Positions 28,296 to 42,847 of a stretch of 64,000 nt of DNA are shown here, piece after piece. The notes under the pieces were generated by a model. That model had not been told where the DNA came from. It saw only the letters and a program-made list of their open reading frames with translations, and made no database searches. How positions within the stretch are numbered: position 1 is the first letter of the stretch; each line of letters begins with the position of its first letter. The DNA is from Utricularia gibba (Eukaryota; Plantae; Magnoliophyta), in the NCBI GenBank assembly GCA_002189035.1, contig NEEC01000014.1, forward strand, positions 62,001 through 126,000, read 5' to 3'. The translations under genes were made by a program, and so were the position numbers.

Positions 28296-31200
28296 ATGGC
28301 TGAGCGGATGATGCATGCCAACGTTGAGTCAGTCCTGGAGAATTTGCTTGGAAGGAGACGTGGGAACGTTGATTTGGAATCTAGAAAAACGCAGGAAGCT
28401 GGTATTCGCTTATACATGAATTCTTAACATGTTTTCGCTTATGATCATGAATGATCATTGGAGGAAGGGAAGAATTGCAATATTCTTTTTCGTTTTCTTG
28501 TGTTTTTGCAGCATTAAGAAGATCTGAAGCAGCTGGGTGGTTAAGGAAGATGGTTGGAGTGGTGGCGGGAAAAGATTTTCCAGCTGAGCCTTCCGATGAA
28601 CACTTCAGAATAGGTCTGCGGAGTGGGATTATACTGTGCATTGCACTTAACAAGGTTCAGCCAGGCGCTGTTCAGAAGGCAAGCCTAGTTCAATTCTATA
28701 TTTGATAGACGATTTTACAGAGGGCTCTGTGCAGTGTATCTCCTAGCTTTGGTTTGCACGCAAAAGTGATGTTGGTTCTTGGTTGTCCTTTTTGCCTAAA
28801 GATAGTTGAAGGACCTACAGAGACCGTCTTCATCCCTGATGGAACTTCTCTCTCTGCATTCGAGTACTTTGAAAATGTCAAGAACTTCCTGCTAGCTATT
28901 GAAGAAATGGGAATCCCAAGTTTTGAGGCTTCTGATTTGGACAAGGTACGTGGGATGATTTTTTGCTTTGTAGTTCTAGATTCCCGTCTCTTGTGTGAAA
29001 AAATGTAGCAGGAAGATGATGAATCTGCTTTAAATCCGTGATGTAAGGGAGGGAAGACATCAAGAATTGTGAATTGTGTGCTCGCACTGAGATCCTACCA
29101 TGAATGGAAACAATGTGGTGGAAATGGGATTTGGAAGTACAGGAGGGTCTCAAGAACTTCTGAAGATTTAAAACTGTCGAGAGAGAATTCGATTACGGTA
29201 CCTAGTTTGATATCTAGGAGCTCAGCTGGTGATGGGATGAGTTTCAGTACGGCAGATTCGGAGAATTCACATGATGATGCTGCAGAGGATGGTGAAGAAG
29301 TGGTCTGTAGTTTCACATATTCCTCAGCTTTACCTCAAAAAACAGCTTCCCTGATTGTGTATTGCAAATTCAGGACACTTCTAGCTCCTTGCGGATACTC
29401 ATACGCGAGCTTATTTCTGATAAAAGTCGAGAAGATATCCCTGCGGTGAGTGATTTCGATGTTCTTCACCCTCCCCACAAGATGAGAAGCAGATGTAGAA
29501 CATCAGAGCTTCTTAAGTTTCACTGCTGATGCCTAGTTCTTCATTCGAGCAACCACTGTTTAGGGAATTGAACTGGTTCAGTGAACAGATTGTGGAACAC
29601 ATGTTGACCAGAGTGATGGAAGAAGTCGACAACGGACAGAGGCGCCAAAGTGAACCGGTAAACTTCTTTCTATCTTCAGTCCTCCGTCAGAGTCGAGCTT
29701 CCTTGGAATCAAATTTGTTTTGTTTCTCTACCTGACAGATTGGAATACCATCGCAACAGACAAGTTTTTGCATTGCAGAGAAAAATGAAGTCAAGGTACT
29801 CTTTTCCTTACATATCACCGTGTGCATTTCTTGGAATTTGGACACCCTTTTTTTAATGTTGATGCTTGTTGTTAAGAACCCTGGAGTTTCCCATCAAGAC
29901 GACAGTGAGAGTGAACCAACTCTCAGCTGCGACGCCAAACACGATGAAGAGCCTTACACGGATTTTTCCAAGACAGGAGGATTAGTTGGACTTCAGCAAA
30001 GAAGAATGCAGGTAATCTGCTGGATGGATCAATCTGGGAGACATTGGAGCGCTTCTCTTTATCCCCCAGTCTAGTATTTGCTCTAATTTGTCTTCCTGAG
30101 TTGCAGGATCTGAAAAAAATGCTTCATTCTGCAAGAGTAGACATGGAAATCCTACAGATGAAGCATCTAGAAGAAATTAGAAACCTTGGTATGCGTTTTA
30201 TTGTAAATCTTACGACAGACATGACTCAAGAATGCGATCATTGTGTCCTCCTCAGACAAACATTTGAAAGGTATGGCTCAAGCGGCTGCCAGATACGAAG
30301 GAGTGATTGAAGAGAACCGGAAATTGTACAACCAAGTGCAAGATCTCAAAGGTGAAACACTTTTGGTGGTTTATGTCAAGAAGCTGCGGCTTGGAATTGC
30401 CGTGATGATTCTGGTTAACTCGTATGATCGAAACAGGAAGTATCCGAGTGTACTGCCGTGTACGCCCTTTCTGACTGGGCATCAGAGTCAGTTCAGCACC
30501 GTCGAAGATACTGATGAATCTACCATTACAATACCGAATCAGACAAAATATGGAAAGGGGAAAAAGTCATTCACCTTTAACAAGGTTTTTGGTCCATCTT
30601 CAACCCAAGGTACCTCAAAACAAGACTGGCTGTTACCCTGATCATATTCTAAGAATTGTGTTCCTTCTTTTGCTTCTCTCCCTTTGGCAGAAGAGGTATT
30701 CAGAGACACGCGGCCATTGATTCGTTCAGTTCTTGATGGCTATAATGTTTGCATATTTGCATATGGCCAGACTGGGTCAGGAAAAACGCATACCATGGTA
30801 AGGGAGACCCTCTGGTTTTGTGCATATGACGGCTTGCTCTCCACACCTTGTCTGTTCATCTAACATTTTCTCTGTACAATAATTCTCAGTCCGGACCAGA
30901 TGAACTTACACCAGAGACCTTAGGTGTAAATTACAGGGCCTTGAATGATTTGTTTCTTATTTCGGAGCAGAGGAAGGATACCATCGCTTATGATATATCC
31001 GTCCAAATGATTGAAATCTACAATGAGCAAGTTAGGGACTTGCTTTCCAATGACTCGATGAACAAAAAATATCCTTCTATTGCCACCATGACTTCCATCT
31101 TCACTTTGTCATGTCTTTTGTTTATAACTTGAGTAGCTCTTGTTTCTTCCATTCATCCCTTAACTTGTAAAACATTGGAAATCCGCAACAACTCATCGAA

Positions 31201-32738
31201 TGGTATGAATGTACCAAATGCAAATCTTTCACCGGTGACTTCAACTGACGAAGTCATCAGCTTGATGAACCTGGGACAAAAAAACCGTGCCGTTGGTTCT
31301 ACCGCAATGAATGATCGAAGCAGCCGTTCTCATAGGTGGTGTACATTTGAAATGCTCTTTTTGCACAAATTCCTCCTTTTTTGTCACCTGTGCTTTCTCT
31401 TTCTCAACTGAAATGGAGCATGTTCACTTTTTTCAGTTGTCTCACAGTTCATGTCAGAGGAAAAGATTTGGCAACTGGTGCAGTTCTTCGTGGTTGCCTG
31501 CATCTGGTAGACCTTGCTGGAAGTGAAAGAGTGGACAAAACGGAGGCATCTGGTGGTAGGTTGAAAGAGGCTCAACATATCAACAGGTCGCTCTCCGCAT
31601 TAGGAGATGTGATATCTTCGCTTGCTCAAAAGAGTTCACACATTCCTTACAGAAACAGTAAACTTACTCAGTTGCTTCAAGATTCACTTGGTAAGATACC
31701 GAAGCTCTTAATTCATGTTCCATCCATGCCTGTTCAGACCTCATACCATGCAAGTGTGCTTGTTTAGGAGGGCAAGCAAAGACACTTATGTTTGTGCACA
31801 TCAGCCCAGAGCCTGATGCTCTTGGAGAAACTCTTAGTACTCTCAAGTTCGCTGAACGTGTCTCGTCCGTTGAGCTCGGCGCTGCGAAAGCAAACAAAGA
31901 TGGCGCTGATGTCAAGGAACTTAAGGAGCAGGTTTATAGCTTGTACCTCATTACTGACAGAAATGAAATGGGATCACATTGACACGCTTGAATTTTGGTT
32001 CATGTCTCAGATAGCTGCTCTTAAAGCAGCATTAGCTCGAAAAGACGAACCAGGGTGGTACCTTCAGCATCCTGGTTGTGGCAGCCCTGAATCTTGGAGT
32101 ACCATAACAGATACTTGCAAGATCGAGGTAGCGAACTGATATGTATATACTCAAGTCTTTTCAAACTCCTAAAGTTTGAGGACCTTTAGGTGCAAAGCAC
32201 GAGCTCATCAACTTCGAGACGACACAGTTTGGACTCTCAAGATCTATTTCTTCATTCAAGTCCGTGGACTGAAGAAGAGAAAGAAGAGTTCTTGATCCAT
32301 GATGCAACTTCCCAACTGCATCCTGCTTCGGCACCGAGAAGGCACAGCCTTGATAACGTGCAGGCTGCGAACAGATGTGAATCGGTAGTGACAGAGGATT
32401 CTGATGAAGGCGACTCATCTGAAATTGATTACGGGGATGGTTCGAGTCTCACCAAGTGTAACAGCATGCCGAATGTTATGGCATCTAAGAACAAAATGCC
32501 AAGTACAAAGATAACGAGGAGCAAAGAAACAAGGTACCTTGATCTCAAAGATTGTGCGTGTGAAGTGAACGAATTACATGCTTATCTTGACATTATGGTT
32601 TCCGGCAGCCGGAGCCTCATTCCTCAGCCCAGCCGGAGATCTTCGACGGGGATGCAGTCGGCCCAAAGCAGAATTCCCGCAAGGCAAACATCCTCTGTCG
32701 CGGGGAGACGAAAAACGGCTCGTGGGGACTCCAAGTGA
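28296..32738 (+). CDS. KIN14: Kinesin-14 with calponin-homology domain (KCH type), multi-exon
   Basis: CH domain [25 protein letters not shown], motor [44 protein letters not shown] and [20 protein letters not shown] donor at 28679, AT-AC intron at 31069-31173, apparent -1 indel at 30465. Confidence 0.92.
31069..31173 (+). other. U12-type (minor spliceosome) AT-AC intron, 105 nt
   Basis: Donor ATATCCTT (31069-31076), branch TCCCTTAAC (31156-31164), acceptor AC (31172-31173). Removal joins MNKK to LEIRN in frame. Confidence 0.93.
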
Positions 32739-33393
32739 ACAAGACAAGGGTGGATTTGAGCGTTGTTGGCAGGTGTAAACCCGATCAGCTATGGCGGTTA
32801 ATTGGTAGAATGACAACGGTGCCCTCTGTACCCGTACGGAGGAGACACTTGATTCTAATTTCTGGATGATATTAAAAACAAAATTATTTTTTTCTGAAAA
32901 AAAAAAGAAAAAGAAAACCAAATCCCGGCGGGGACCCTACCCCCAGCTTGCAGTGGGCCACTTCCTAGACAACAAGCCACGTGGCTACGTCAGCAAACCC
33001 GGTTATCCCCAATGGGCATGCTTGCCCTTGTCCAATTACAGTTATTATTGCCAAACAAATCACATAGTTCTTTTTCGAAAGTGAGGGGGTATTTAGTCAT
33101 TTCGTAGTTTCCTCAGGCTGCGAGTGCAACCCCGCAAAGCAACGCCATCTCTCTTTCTTTCTTTCATCCTCCGCGTTCCTTTTTCCTCTTCTTGATTTCC
33201 CACATCCGTCTCAAGTTTCGCATTCGTGAAAACAAGTTGTCTTTACTGCTCTCTGCACTGCCCAGTCAAAGAATGAATCTTTTATGTCAATGACGCCCGG
33301 TTGTCTGGTTGCGCGTCTGCCCGATTCTTTCATTGTGTGCGCGTCTTTTAGATACATTTTCTTATCTTTCGAGTGCGAAATGAGGGCGCTGCA

Positions 33394-35090
33394 ATGAGCC
33401 GGTCCGAAGTGAGGCAGAACCAACTTATCCCACTTGGGACTTTGATTGGTCGGGAATTGAGAAACGAGAAGTTGGAGAGGCCCGTGGTGAAATATGGGCA
33501 TGCGGCGTTGGCTAAGAAAGGGGAAGATTATTTCTTGATCAACACCGAGTGTCAAAGGATTCCTGGCAATCCGTTAACATGTTTCTCCGTTTTTGCTGTA
33601 TGTTGCCTGATCATCCTCGCTTTTTGTTGGGTATATGCCATCCGATTTTAATTGCTTTCCGGAATGTTCAATTTCAGATTTTTGATGGGCATAATGGAAT
33701 ATCAGCTGCTATATTTGCCAAAGAGCATTTGTTAGACAATGTTTTGAGTGCTATTCCTGAAGAGCTTAGTAGGGAAGACTGGCTTCAAGCTCTTCCAAGA
33801 GCCCTGGTAGCCGGTTTTGTTAAAACAGACATTGAGTTTCAGCAGCGTGGTGAGCTACACATATAAATAATCGTCCCCTTGCATCTTTGAGTAAATTTTA
33901 AATGGTATTTGTGTGTATTACAGGGGAGACTTCAGGAACAACCGTTACGTTTGTTTTGATAGATCATTGGACAGTAACTGTTGCATCAGTGGGAGATTCT
34001 CGTTGCATCCTCGACACGCAAGGCGGGGTTGTTTCCCTCTTGACAGTCGATCACCGGCTTGAGGAGAACCAACAGGAACGGGAGCGTGTCACTGCAAGTG
34101 GTGGCGAAGTAGGGAGGCTCAACATTTTTGGAGGCACTGAGGTTGCAGTCTTTTTGGTTCTGCGATCGCTAGTCTAATGTCTTGGTTACCTTTATCATTA
34201 TTGTTTTTTTCTTCATGGGGGGTTGAAGGTTGGTCCACTGCGCTGCTGGCCCGGTGGATTGTGTCTTTCAAGGTCGATTGGTGATCCAGATGTTGGGGAG
34301 TTTATCGTTCCCATTCCTCATGTCAAGCAAGTTAAGGTGGTGGCATTCACGGTCTCCTTTTATGTTAAGCTTTTGCTTTTCATTATTGATTTGATGATGC
34401 TGGTTTTAGCTTCCAAGTGCTGGGGGCAGACTCATAATTGCCTCCGATGGTATATGGGATGCGCTATCATCTGACGTTGCAGCTCGGTGTTGCCGAGGTT
34501 TACCTGCAGAGCTGGCTGCGAAGGTGGTTGTCAAGGTAAGAAAGAGAATCTTCTTCCTCGAGGCATAGGCTTGTTCCTGTGTAACATATTTGAATTGCAG
34601 GAGGTTCTCAGGTCGAGAGGTTTAAAGGATGATACCACCTGCCTGGTTGTTGACATCATTCCTTACGACCGGCCTCTTTTCCCAGCGGCACCTGAAAAGA
34701 AGAGATCCCTGAACTCGGTTCTTTTTGGGAAACATGCTGCTGCAAATGGAACCAAGAGGCTCTCCTCTGCAATCGGATTCGTAGAGGAGCTGTTCGAGGA
34801 GGGATCTGCAATGCTGGCGGACAGGTAACCCTTCCCTTCCTTCTTCCTCCGGTCCGGTTGCATGATTCCTATCTACTACCTGAAAATGTATGTCCAGGCT
34901 GGGTAAGGATTTCCCGGCAGACCCAAAGTCGGGGATCCTTAGGTGTGCGATTTGCCAAGCCGATGACCAACCCGGTGAGGGTTTATCATCTGTTTTCTCC
35001 CCTGCCCGAGGGCCTTTCCTATGCGCAAAATGCAGCAGGAAGAGAGATGCCATGGAGGGGAAAAAGCCAGTCACGCATAAATTCTGGTAA
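33394..35090 (+). CDS. Protein phosphatase 2C, multi-exon
   Basis: LAKKGEDYF, IFDGHNG, VASVGDSRC, GGLCLSRSIGD, IIASDGIWD, LKDDTT and a C-terminal CAIC..CAKC segment. Confidence 0.92.
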
Positions 35091-35402
35091 ATATATATAT
35101 ATGCGTTTTGTGGCCGCTGTGGTGTATGCAAACGGTGACAGAGAACCGGAGGTGTTTTTGTCTCTGGTTCCTTGCTGCCAAATGCCTTGTTATCATCTAG
35201 TGTTGTGTCCAGCAGAAAAATCTGAGGGAGGCTGCTCACAGCCACAAGCTAGCTAGCTATATAGAATAACAAAGGTGTAAAAGGGTTGAATGAAATAATA
35301 TACGAATGGCAGTAAGAAAAGAGAGACAGGCAACCTACGAGACCTCTGCACAGTTAAATTACACGTGGCATACCGATGTAGCCGTGGGAAGGGACTTCGT
35401 TT

Positions 35403-38400
35403 TCACCTTTGTACCTGGTCCGGGGCGTGGTTGCTGGCGGCGGAGGACGAACCCGGTCGGCCATTTGGTAGGCCATTATCGGCTGGGGGAGACGCTCCCC
35501 ACTTGCCATCGGACTCCGACGGTTCGATCACCTTCACGGATCCATCAGCCAACCCGACTGCGAACTGGTTTGGCTCCTGAGGGTGTACTGCTACCACCAA
35601 CGGGGATACCGCTTGCCCTCTGAAACCATCCCTCCAAGTTCAACATGTGACCAGAAGAGCCAAGTCATGAGACAAGAGACGAGAGTAATTCTCACCCATT
35701 CATCGCTGGCTGGGACAAGTACGCATGCGGGGCGACTCGGCATCTTAGACGGAGCGTATCCGCATCAAAAACGCCAATGTTCCCATCGCAAAAGGAAGCA
35801 AAAACGAGCTGGCTGTTACACGAGTAGGCTGCGCATGTGATGGGAGCGGAAAGGGGCTCTTGGGGCACCCACTGTTAACAGAAAGAAAGAATTCATCTTC
35901 ATCAGATAACTGTTGCCTCAAACAATAGAATCAAGCTCATAAGCTGATCCAGAACTCACCTGGCGAATGCGTTCCATTTTGGAGCCATCGTATATTGCCA
36001 ACTGAGTTTCATGCGCTACCAGCAAGCGAACATGATCGGAATGAAACTGCACACGCGTGTCACCACTAGGAGCTTTACCAGCCGGAAGTTGTATCGGAAC
36101 CGACCTTTTCTTCCCCCATGTATCGATGCTCCAGATAAATATCTACAAAGAAATTGCCAAAGTTGATTGTTTTCATTTTTCATCTCGAAGTCACTCTTTG
36201 ACGAGTGAAGTCTTACCTGAGCGTCAGCGCCAGATGACACCAATATATTGAGGCTGGTCGAAAAAGCCAATCCAGTGATGCGCTTCTGGTGACCTTTCAG
36301 TTTTGACTTCACCTGTTGAAGTCCAAATTTCACGAGTGCGGTATGATCCACCTTTTTCCAGTAGGCAAGGATGGGTTGTTATAATACCTCATCAACTCTA
36401 ACGTTGTAAATGTGAATAGTTGAATCCTCCATCCCAATTGCTATTATATTGTTGTCCTGAGGGTGGAATGCCAAGAAAGAGGAAGCTGGAGGAGGGGGCA
36501 TAAATGTAGTCATCACCTTCAAAGAGTACAACAAAAGGATCAAACCCCACATAGATCTAAGCCTCAGAAGAAAGCATGTCTACCTTAAAGGTCATCATAT
36601 TGAACAACGAAACCTTCCCACCGGCAGCTGACATAACGTAAGAATCGTTCTTCGATAGAGCGATGCATGGAAAAGCTTCTTCAAGGTTGACACCCGCGAT
36701 GTCATTGGTCATAAGAAGACCACTATTGGGTTGCCACTGTTGGGGAGCCACACTAGCAGTAGCCTAAGATAACAAAGCAGTTGAATTGATTTGCAGGATA
36801 ATTCAGAAATGAAGGAAACAGAATTAAAGGGACTACTCTGGGAGAACATGTTAGAGTCCATTTTCTCTACCTTCCCACTTGGATTTTGCTCATTGCGAAC
36901 CCATTTCCACAGCTTCTGTACACCATTTGATCCAAGGGCCAATATGCCAACTCCAGAGTTGGTATAAAGAAGGCGAGCAACCTTCAAAATTATCAGTTGC
37001 ACAATTATGAACCCAATTCAAAAACTTTGTGTTGTCATAATTTATACCGCATACCTTGTTGCTCGCATCAGTGCTGTCTGGCATGGTGACCGTACGGCAA
37101 TGAGTAGGTTCTACAATTTCAGTTAACTGCCAGGGCCTCAGTTTATCATTAGCATCCTCCGTTGCTCTGGGCTTTTCCATGCCTCTAGCAATGGATTCCA
37201 CACCATTCTGGCAATCCATTTGAGATTGGACCAACCATTATTTATCATAAATGTTATTTATTAACCCTAAACCATAACATGCAATGTAACTTACAATGGT
37301 AGGAGAAGGCCTTACAGGAGAGGCTCTTTCTACTTTACAACTCACAGGAGTAGCATTTCCAACATTGGAAGCAGAAACCTGCAAATATGCAAGAATGTTG
37401 TTTTCAATGTAATCCATTGTCAAAGGCTACACATTGTGGAGGAATAGATAGAGCAAAAAACCTTGATGGCTGCTGCTTCCAGTGGGGACTTTAATGCTTC
37501 AAAAGTTTGTGGTTCACCAGAGCGTAAAGATCTCATACCGCTAGCATTAGCTAGTATCTTGATTCCGTTGTCTGCCGTAGTGACTCCCAGTAAGTTACCT
37601 TCTCCATTAAATCTCAACCGTGGCGAATTCTGAGAGCAAAGCTTCTTTCAGTTCATCTTTTTTTAACGTAAACACAAAGGTTTCAGCTTTCTGACTTGCA
37701 GGGAAAACTCACCGGAAGACCACCATCTGCATCAGTAGTTGTCAGTACAGCGACAGTATCCATATCCCAAAATTTTATTTGGCTGTCTTCGCCCACCGCC
37801 AGAAAGTGATTTTGAGTTGTATCAAACTGAACTACACCAGCTGACTTCTTTCTGAACCCTGTATACGTTCTCTTTATTGCGCCTTCACTTTCATTCCATT
37901 CCACAAGAAAAGAGTCCCCATCTTTGCCAGTTCCACATGAAAACAGCCTGGGAAAAGTTGATGCCTCAGCACAAGCATTTTTAGAATGCAACCCATCGTA
38001 AGGCATAAACTCCATAACATAAGAGTAGCATCTTACCTGCTTCCATCAGCACTATACAGCATAGTGGTGCACCCATGCCCAGGCGCATCATAATCAACTC
38101 TCGATCCCACATTATCATAAAGCCAAGCTTTGATTTTCCCATCCACGGCAGTTGAGAATATAAACTGCAGGCGGAAATGCCAAAATAAAGAGCACGCTTA
38201 ATCAAATTTCTTTTAAAGACTCAACAAATATGCACTGATCACATCCACGCTCTCTATAGAAATACCTGAATATTCTCTTTCTGATGAGGGCATATTGAAT
38301 AAACGGGTGCTTCATGGCCTTCAAAGTTGAAAAGTTTTCTCCCATTCATATCCCAGACCTGTTTCAAATTCATGAGTTTACCCAGTAGCAGAACCAGAAT

Positions 38401-41400
38401 AATTCACAGTAAAGAACTTTCAAAATCGTCCACCCACTTTTATCAACTTGTCATCCCCACATGTGACAACACAAAGCTGCTTAGTAGGATGAGCAAATGC
38501 AATGTCATTCACTGCTCCCTCATGAGCCTCAATCTGCAAGGTGAGTTCCACTTCAGAAAATCCTTGTTGTAATTGGGAAAACATACTATTTCATACAAGT
38601 AAAATATACCTCTAACTGCTGCCGCAAGTCACTTGGTCCCACATATTGATACAAGTGGATTAAATGCTTGGAAAATGCAGCTCCTGTAACAGGATACATG
38701 TTTCATGAGACAACTCAAAGATCAGGCGTAGTAAATGGAACCAGAACAAGCTTACCACAAAATGCACCATCTGGACTCCAACTGACGCGGGTCGCAGAAA
38801 AAGGAGCATCCTTGGCAGCAGCAGCCTGCTTAAGAAATTGTTAAAGATAAATGGATGAAAAAATTTAGCGTAACTCACAGCAATATCAACACTAAAATGG
38901 AATGCAATAGAACCAAAGAATGCTGGTGTCTGGTAAGCAGTGGCAAATCTGTAAAAGCCTAGGTTAAGAAAGAAATCAAGAGGACGCAAGAACCTGCAAC
39001 GGCAAGGTACAAGCTTGCATTTCCCAAATCTTGAAGGGCTTTGAAACCAACTTCTCTCGCATTCCAACTTCCCATAATGTAATGTCACCATTGGTGCAGC
39101 CAACTGTTACAGAAAAATAAAAATCATCTTCATACCCATTAAAAACAAGAGTAAAGAAAAGCAATGAACTACCAAGAAGCAGGGTATGCAGCGATGGATG
39201 AAAATCAAGACTGGTTACAGAAGACCCCTGGTGCAATGTAAAAACCACAGTTCTAGGCAGGTTATCTATGGACCAGGATGGTTGATGTCGAATAGCCGGG
39301 TATGTGACCTGAGATTAAGAAAAAGATGATACATCTCCAAGTTTATAGCATATGAATCAACAACTTAATCTGGCATGATGACACTACCTCCTCTACAGGT
39401 GGGACTGGGCGTAAACGCTTCATTAACTGCTCATGATCTGCATTTTGATACTCAACCATACCCAGTGTCGCTGGAGGAGTGATTGGACGCTTCAAAATTG
39501 AAACTGTTCAGATAAACAGCATAGTGGTAAGTTCTAGGATAAAACATTTTCGCTTATAGATCATTCTGAGGGTGTACTATAAATAACAGAATTGGGTCGC
39601 ACCTTGATTAGGTGGCATGGGCAATGAAGTTGCATTGACAACAGCTGCTTGCACAGATGATGATCCTGCAGCAGCATTTGCCATCCACCCAGCCAAAGCA
39701 TTGGCATTTGCCACTGCAGCAGTAGGAGGGAATGGCTGCAGGCAACCAATGGATGTGCAAAGAATATTTACAATCATACATCAATCTTCACGCAAGAAAA
39801 AAAGTTGTCAACATATGAGACTTTTGGTTGATTATATTAATAGTATCATACCCCGTGAGCTCCAAGAGTTGTATATGTAGGAGGTTTTGCCACTGCAGTT
39901 GTAGGAAGGTTAATTGGCGTGGGTGCAAGTGCTCCATTTGGAGGAATGCACGTATGATCAGTAAATAATGTCTTAATGTCTGGATTTGACCTTGGATTCT
40001 TGCAGAGTTGGTGTTGCCAATTCAGACTGCGGTTCAGAAATAACTCACATTTACACGTGCCAATTGACATAACATGCAGGGAAAGTTCAGAAAAAAAAAA
40101 CAGGTAACAAAAAAAAAAAAAAAAGACGACCTGGCAAAGTTGAAGACAAGGATATTTAAAGCAGAGTAACGATAATATGGAGGTCTGAAGCTCCTTGAAT
40201 CACAAATTGGTGATACAGTACCTCTGATTAATGAGGGTTCTCAACCTAGATGACTTCAGTGTAGGGAAAACAAGCTTCTCCCGGAAAAGAGGATTTGCTT
40301 CAATCAACTTCTTGAGTTCTATCAACATAATGGTACGGGCTGTTTTGGTGTCACCATATTTGGAAAGCTGCTCATTTTCCCTGCCATTTAGAATGTTGAT
40401 AAGTTTCGATAAATACCAAGGCCTGCATCTGTAGGCACTGAAAAGCATCAATATTCCTGCATTGATTCTTTTTACCCAAGTGAAAGTGTCCAAACCACAC
40501 TCCTCAAGGGGTCCAAGTTAATTTTCTCATGACAGGGGAAATGACGTGTCCAAAGCATGACATAACATTAACCGGTGCTAGGAATGTGAAGAATCTCAAA
40601 CCTGAAGTTTCCAAGTGTTAAGAGCTGTGTGATTTCCTTGTATAGATCTTCATTGAACGTCGAAAAGACTTTTAAGTCATTAACCAGAATTTCAACTGCA
40701 TTAGCTTTGTCTTGCCTAGTGAATTGAGTTCATGTTAGCAACAAAACGACATGCAGTCATAGATGTAAACCAGAGTAAACTGACAAAACAGTTCATAAAA
40801 TAGAGAACAGGAGTTGCGACCAAACAAACCTATCAAGAGCTTCAAGGTACTTCTGCTTTCTTATTTCAAAAAATATCTTCATTGAGTATCGGTTGTCATC
40901 AACTTTAGTAAAACCAGATAAATACTTCTCAACTTCATCCCATTCACCAGCATGGACTTTTTCTTCGAAGTATTTCATATTAAAGAAAAAGCCTGATTCC
41001 TGCTCGAGCCTGGGCAAACGAGCATTCATCCAAACATCGTTAACTACAATTGCCTTGAAAGAATGCACCCTCCGCATTGAATCAAACATATATTACAGCA
41101 GCAACAATAGTTGGCATGATATTCAACTGCCTAAACAAACACCTAGTGCTTTAACTTGAATGAGAAGGGGAAAAAAAGACACCGCTTTGGCCTAAGTAGA
41201 ATTTCCAGCCCCCGAGCAGGGCCCAGCGGATGAAGACAAAATTTAAAGAAGGCTATCAGTAATGACAAGTCATTCGAGAAGGGGAGTTAACAGGCTCATT
41301 AAAGGGATGAATATGCAAAACTATTCACAATAGTTTCAACTGTCCAAAAGGTCAACACTTTCCCATCCTAATCCCCTTTCAATCATCTTGAACACCAAGA

Positions 41401-41592
41401 AACACATTTCAATGAAGAAACATAAAATGGGTAAGTTAAAACTTTACAAAAATAATAAAAAAACAAATTTACTGAGACAGAAAAAAGGGGGGGGCAGTAA
41501 ACATGCGCATACTTGTGAACGGACTCTTTGAATTTCTCCTCCTCCAAGAACTGAAGAATAAGAAAAACCAATTCCCTACACAAGGACGACAT
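35403..41592 (-). CDS. TPR3: TOPLESS-related corepressor, TPR3 type (LisH-CTLH-CRA plus WD40), many exons
   Basis: MSSLCRELVFLILQFLEEEKFKESVH, LEQESGFFFNMKYFEEK, RENEQLSKYGDTKTAR, RLRTLINQSLNWQHQLCKNP and WD40 exons, ending HAPDQVQR. Confidence 0.93.
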
Positions 41593-41874
41593 GTTTCCCA
41601 GTTCAGATTCAAGAGATCGAAGTCCGGCGGAGGAAGGAGACTCCCCTGTTCCTCCTGAAACTTGTCTTAATCCCTTCCTCTCCTCTAGGTTTTCTCTCCG
41701 AAACCAGGAAACCGGCTGCTCCGAAAGAAAAGTAGATGGAGGTAGAAGAGGGAGACCAGAAGAGAGAAGACAGAGAGCGTTTAATATTTATTGTTTCCCA
41801 TAATTTCGATAGCCCAGAAGGAACGCACTCTCGACCTCATCTCTCTCTATATATACTCTGCATACAACAAACAC

Positions 41875-41917
41875 TGTGTGTGTGTGTGTGTGTGTGTGTC
41901 TATATCTATATATATAT

Positions 41918-41949
<32 letters not shown>
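41875..41949. repeat. Compound microsatellite (TG)n-(TA)n-(GA)n upstream of TPR3
   Basis: Directly visible; the minus strand gives a CT-rich tract typical of plant 5' leaders and promoters. Confidence 0.9.
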
Positions 41950-41955
<6 letters not shown>

Positions 41956-42847
41956 GCAGTACTGGTGGTGGTGGTCTCGCTATCCTGGATGCGTCTGGCA
42001 GGAATCCCCTTCTTTCTTGATAAGCAGGAGCGCTTCTCATCCTATGGTGTATAAGTGGGATGGCTTATCTTCTGGCGGACTCCAAAATGGCGTGTTGATT
42101 GGAGTTAAATGGCGGGTTGGAGTTACATAGAGGCCTGGACCTCGCTCGTGTCACTGTCGTGTCCTCCCCTCACCCAGGCGCTGTTGGGAGTTGGCATGTG
42201 ATAGATATATATATATACTGCGACTCCAGAACCCAGGATGGTAACTATGCACCATCTCCCACTAAAGCAGCTAGTTAGTTTGTAGCCCCTGACACCAGCC
42301 GCGGGCGGGGCCCGCCACGGACGTCACGTGGCGAGTGGAAGAAGAGGGGAGAAGGACCCGGATCTTCAGACTGCATTACCACCTCTACCCCTGTACGGCC
42401 CAGCCTCCCCCGCAACTACTTGGATAGGGGCTACTCCTATCCTATCCTACCCTACCCTACTTCAACCATACAGTAATGCGGCAATTAAGTGCTATTTTGG
42501 CGCCATGGTGTACGTATGGTTAGCTGCCCCTGTCTTATACTACATGTTTGGATTCGCAGCGAAAACACCAAACAAGATTTAATGGGACCCGCGCCCGCTC
42601 TTCCATCTGCTTGGACAATGTGCACCTTCCCCGCCACATTAATAAAAACATTTACCCCATTTAAGTTTTTCTGTTGCCTTTGATTCCCTTTTTTTTTCGA
42701 AGGACAAGGCAAACAAGAAACGAAGTCCGGTTTCATAGCTTGGGTTAGGTGTCCCACACGCATGAATGATACGACGTAAACCAGCAGCAGTTTTTGTTTT
42801 GTTTTGACGTAATGAACCGATTACTCAGAAATTGACTTTTAAGCTTG

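Noticed and set aside
42751-42760. USE-like motifs at 42751 and about 33196
   Set aside because: Imperfect, and no TATA at snRNA spacing.
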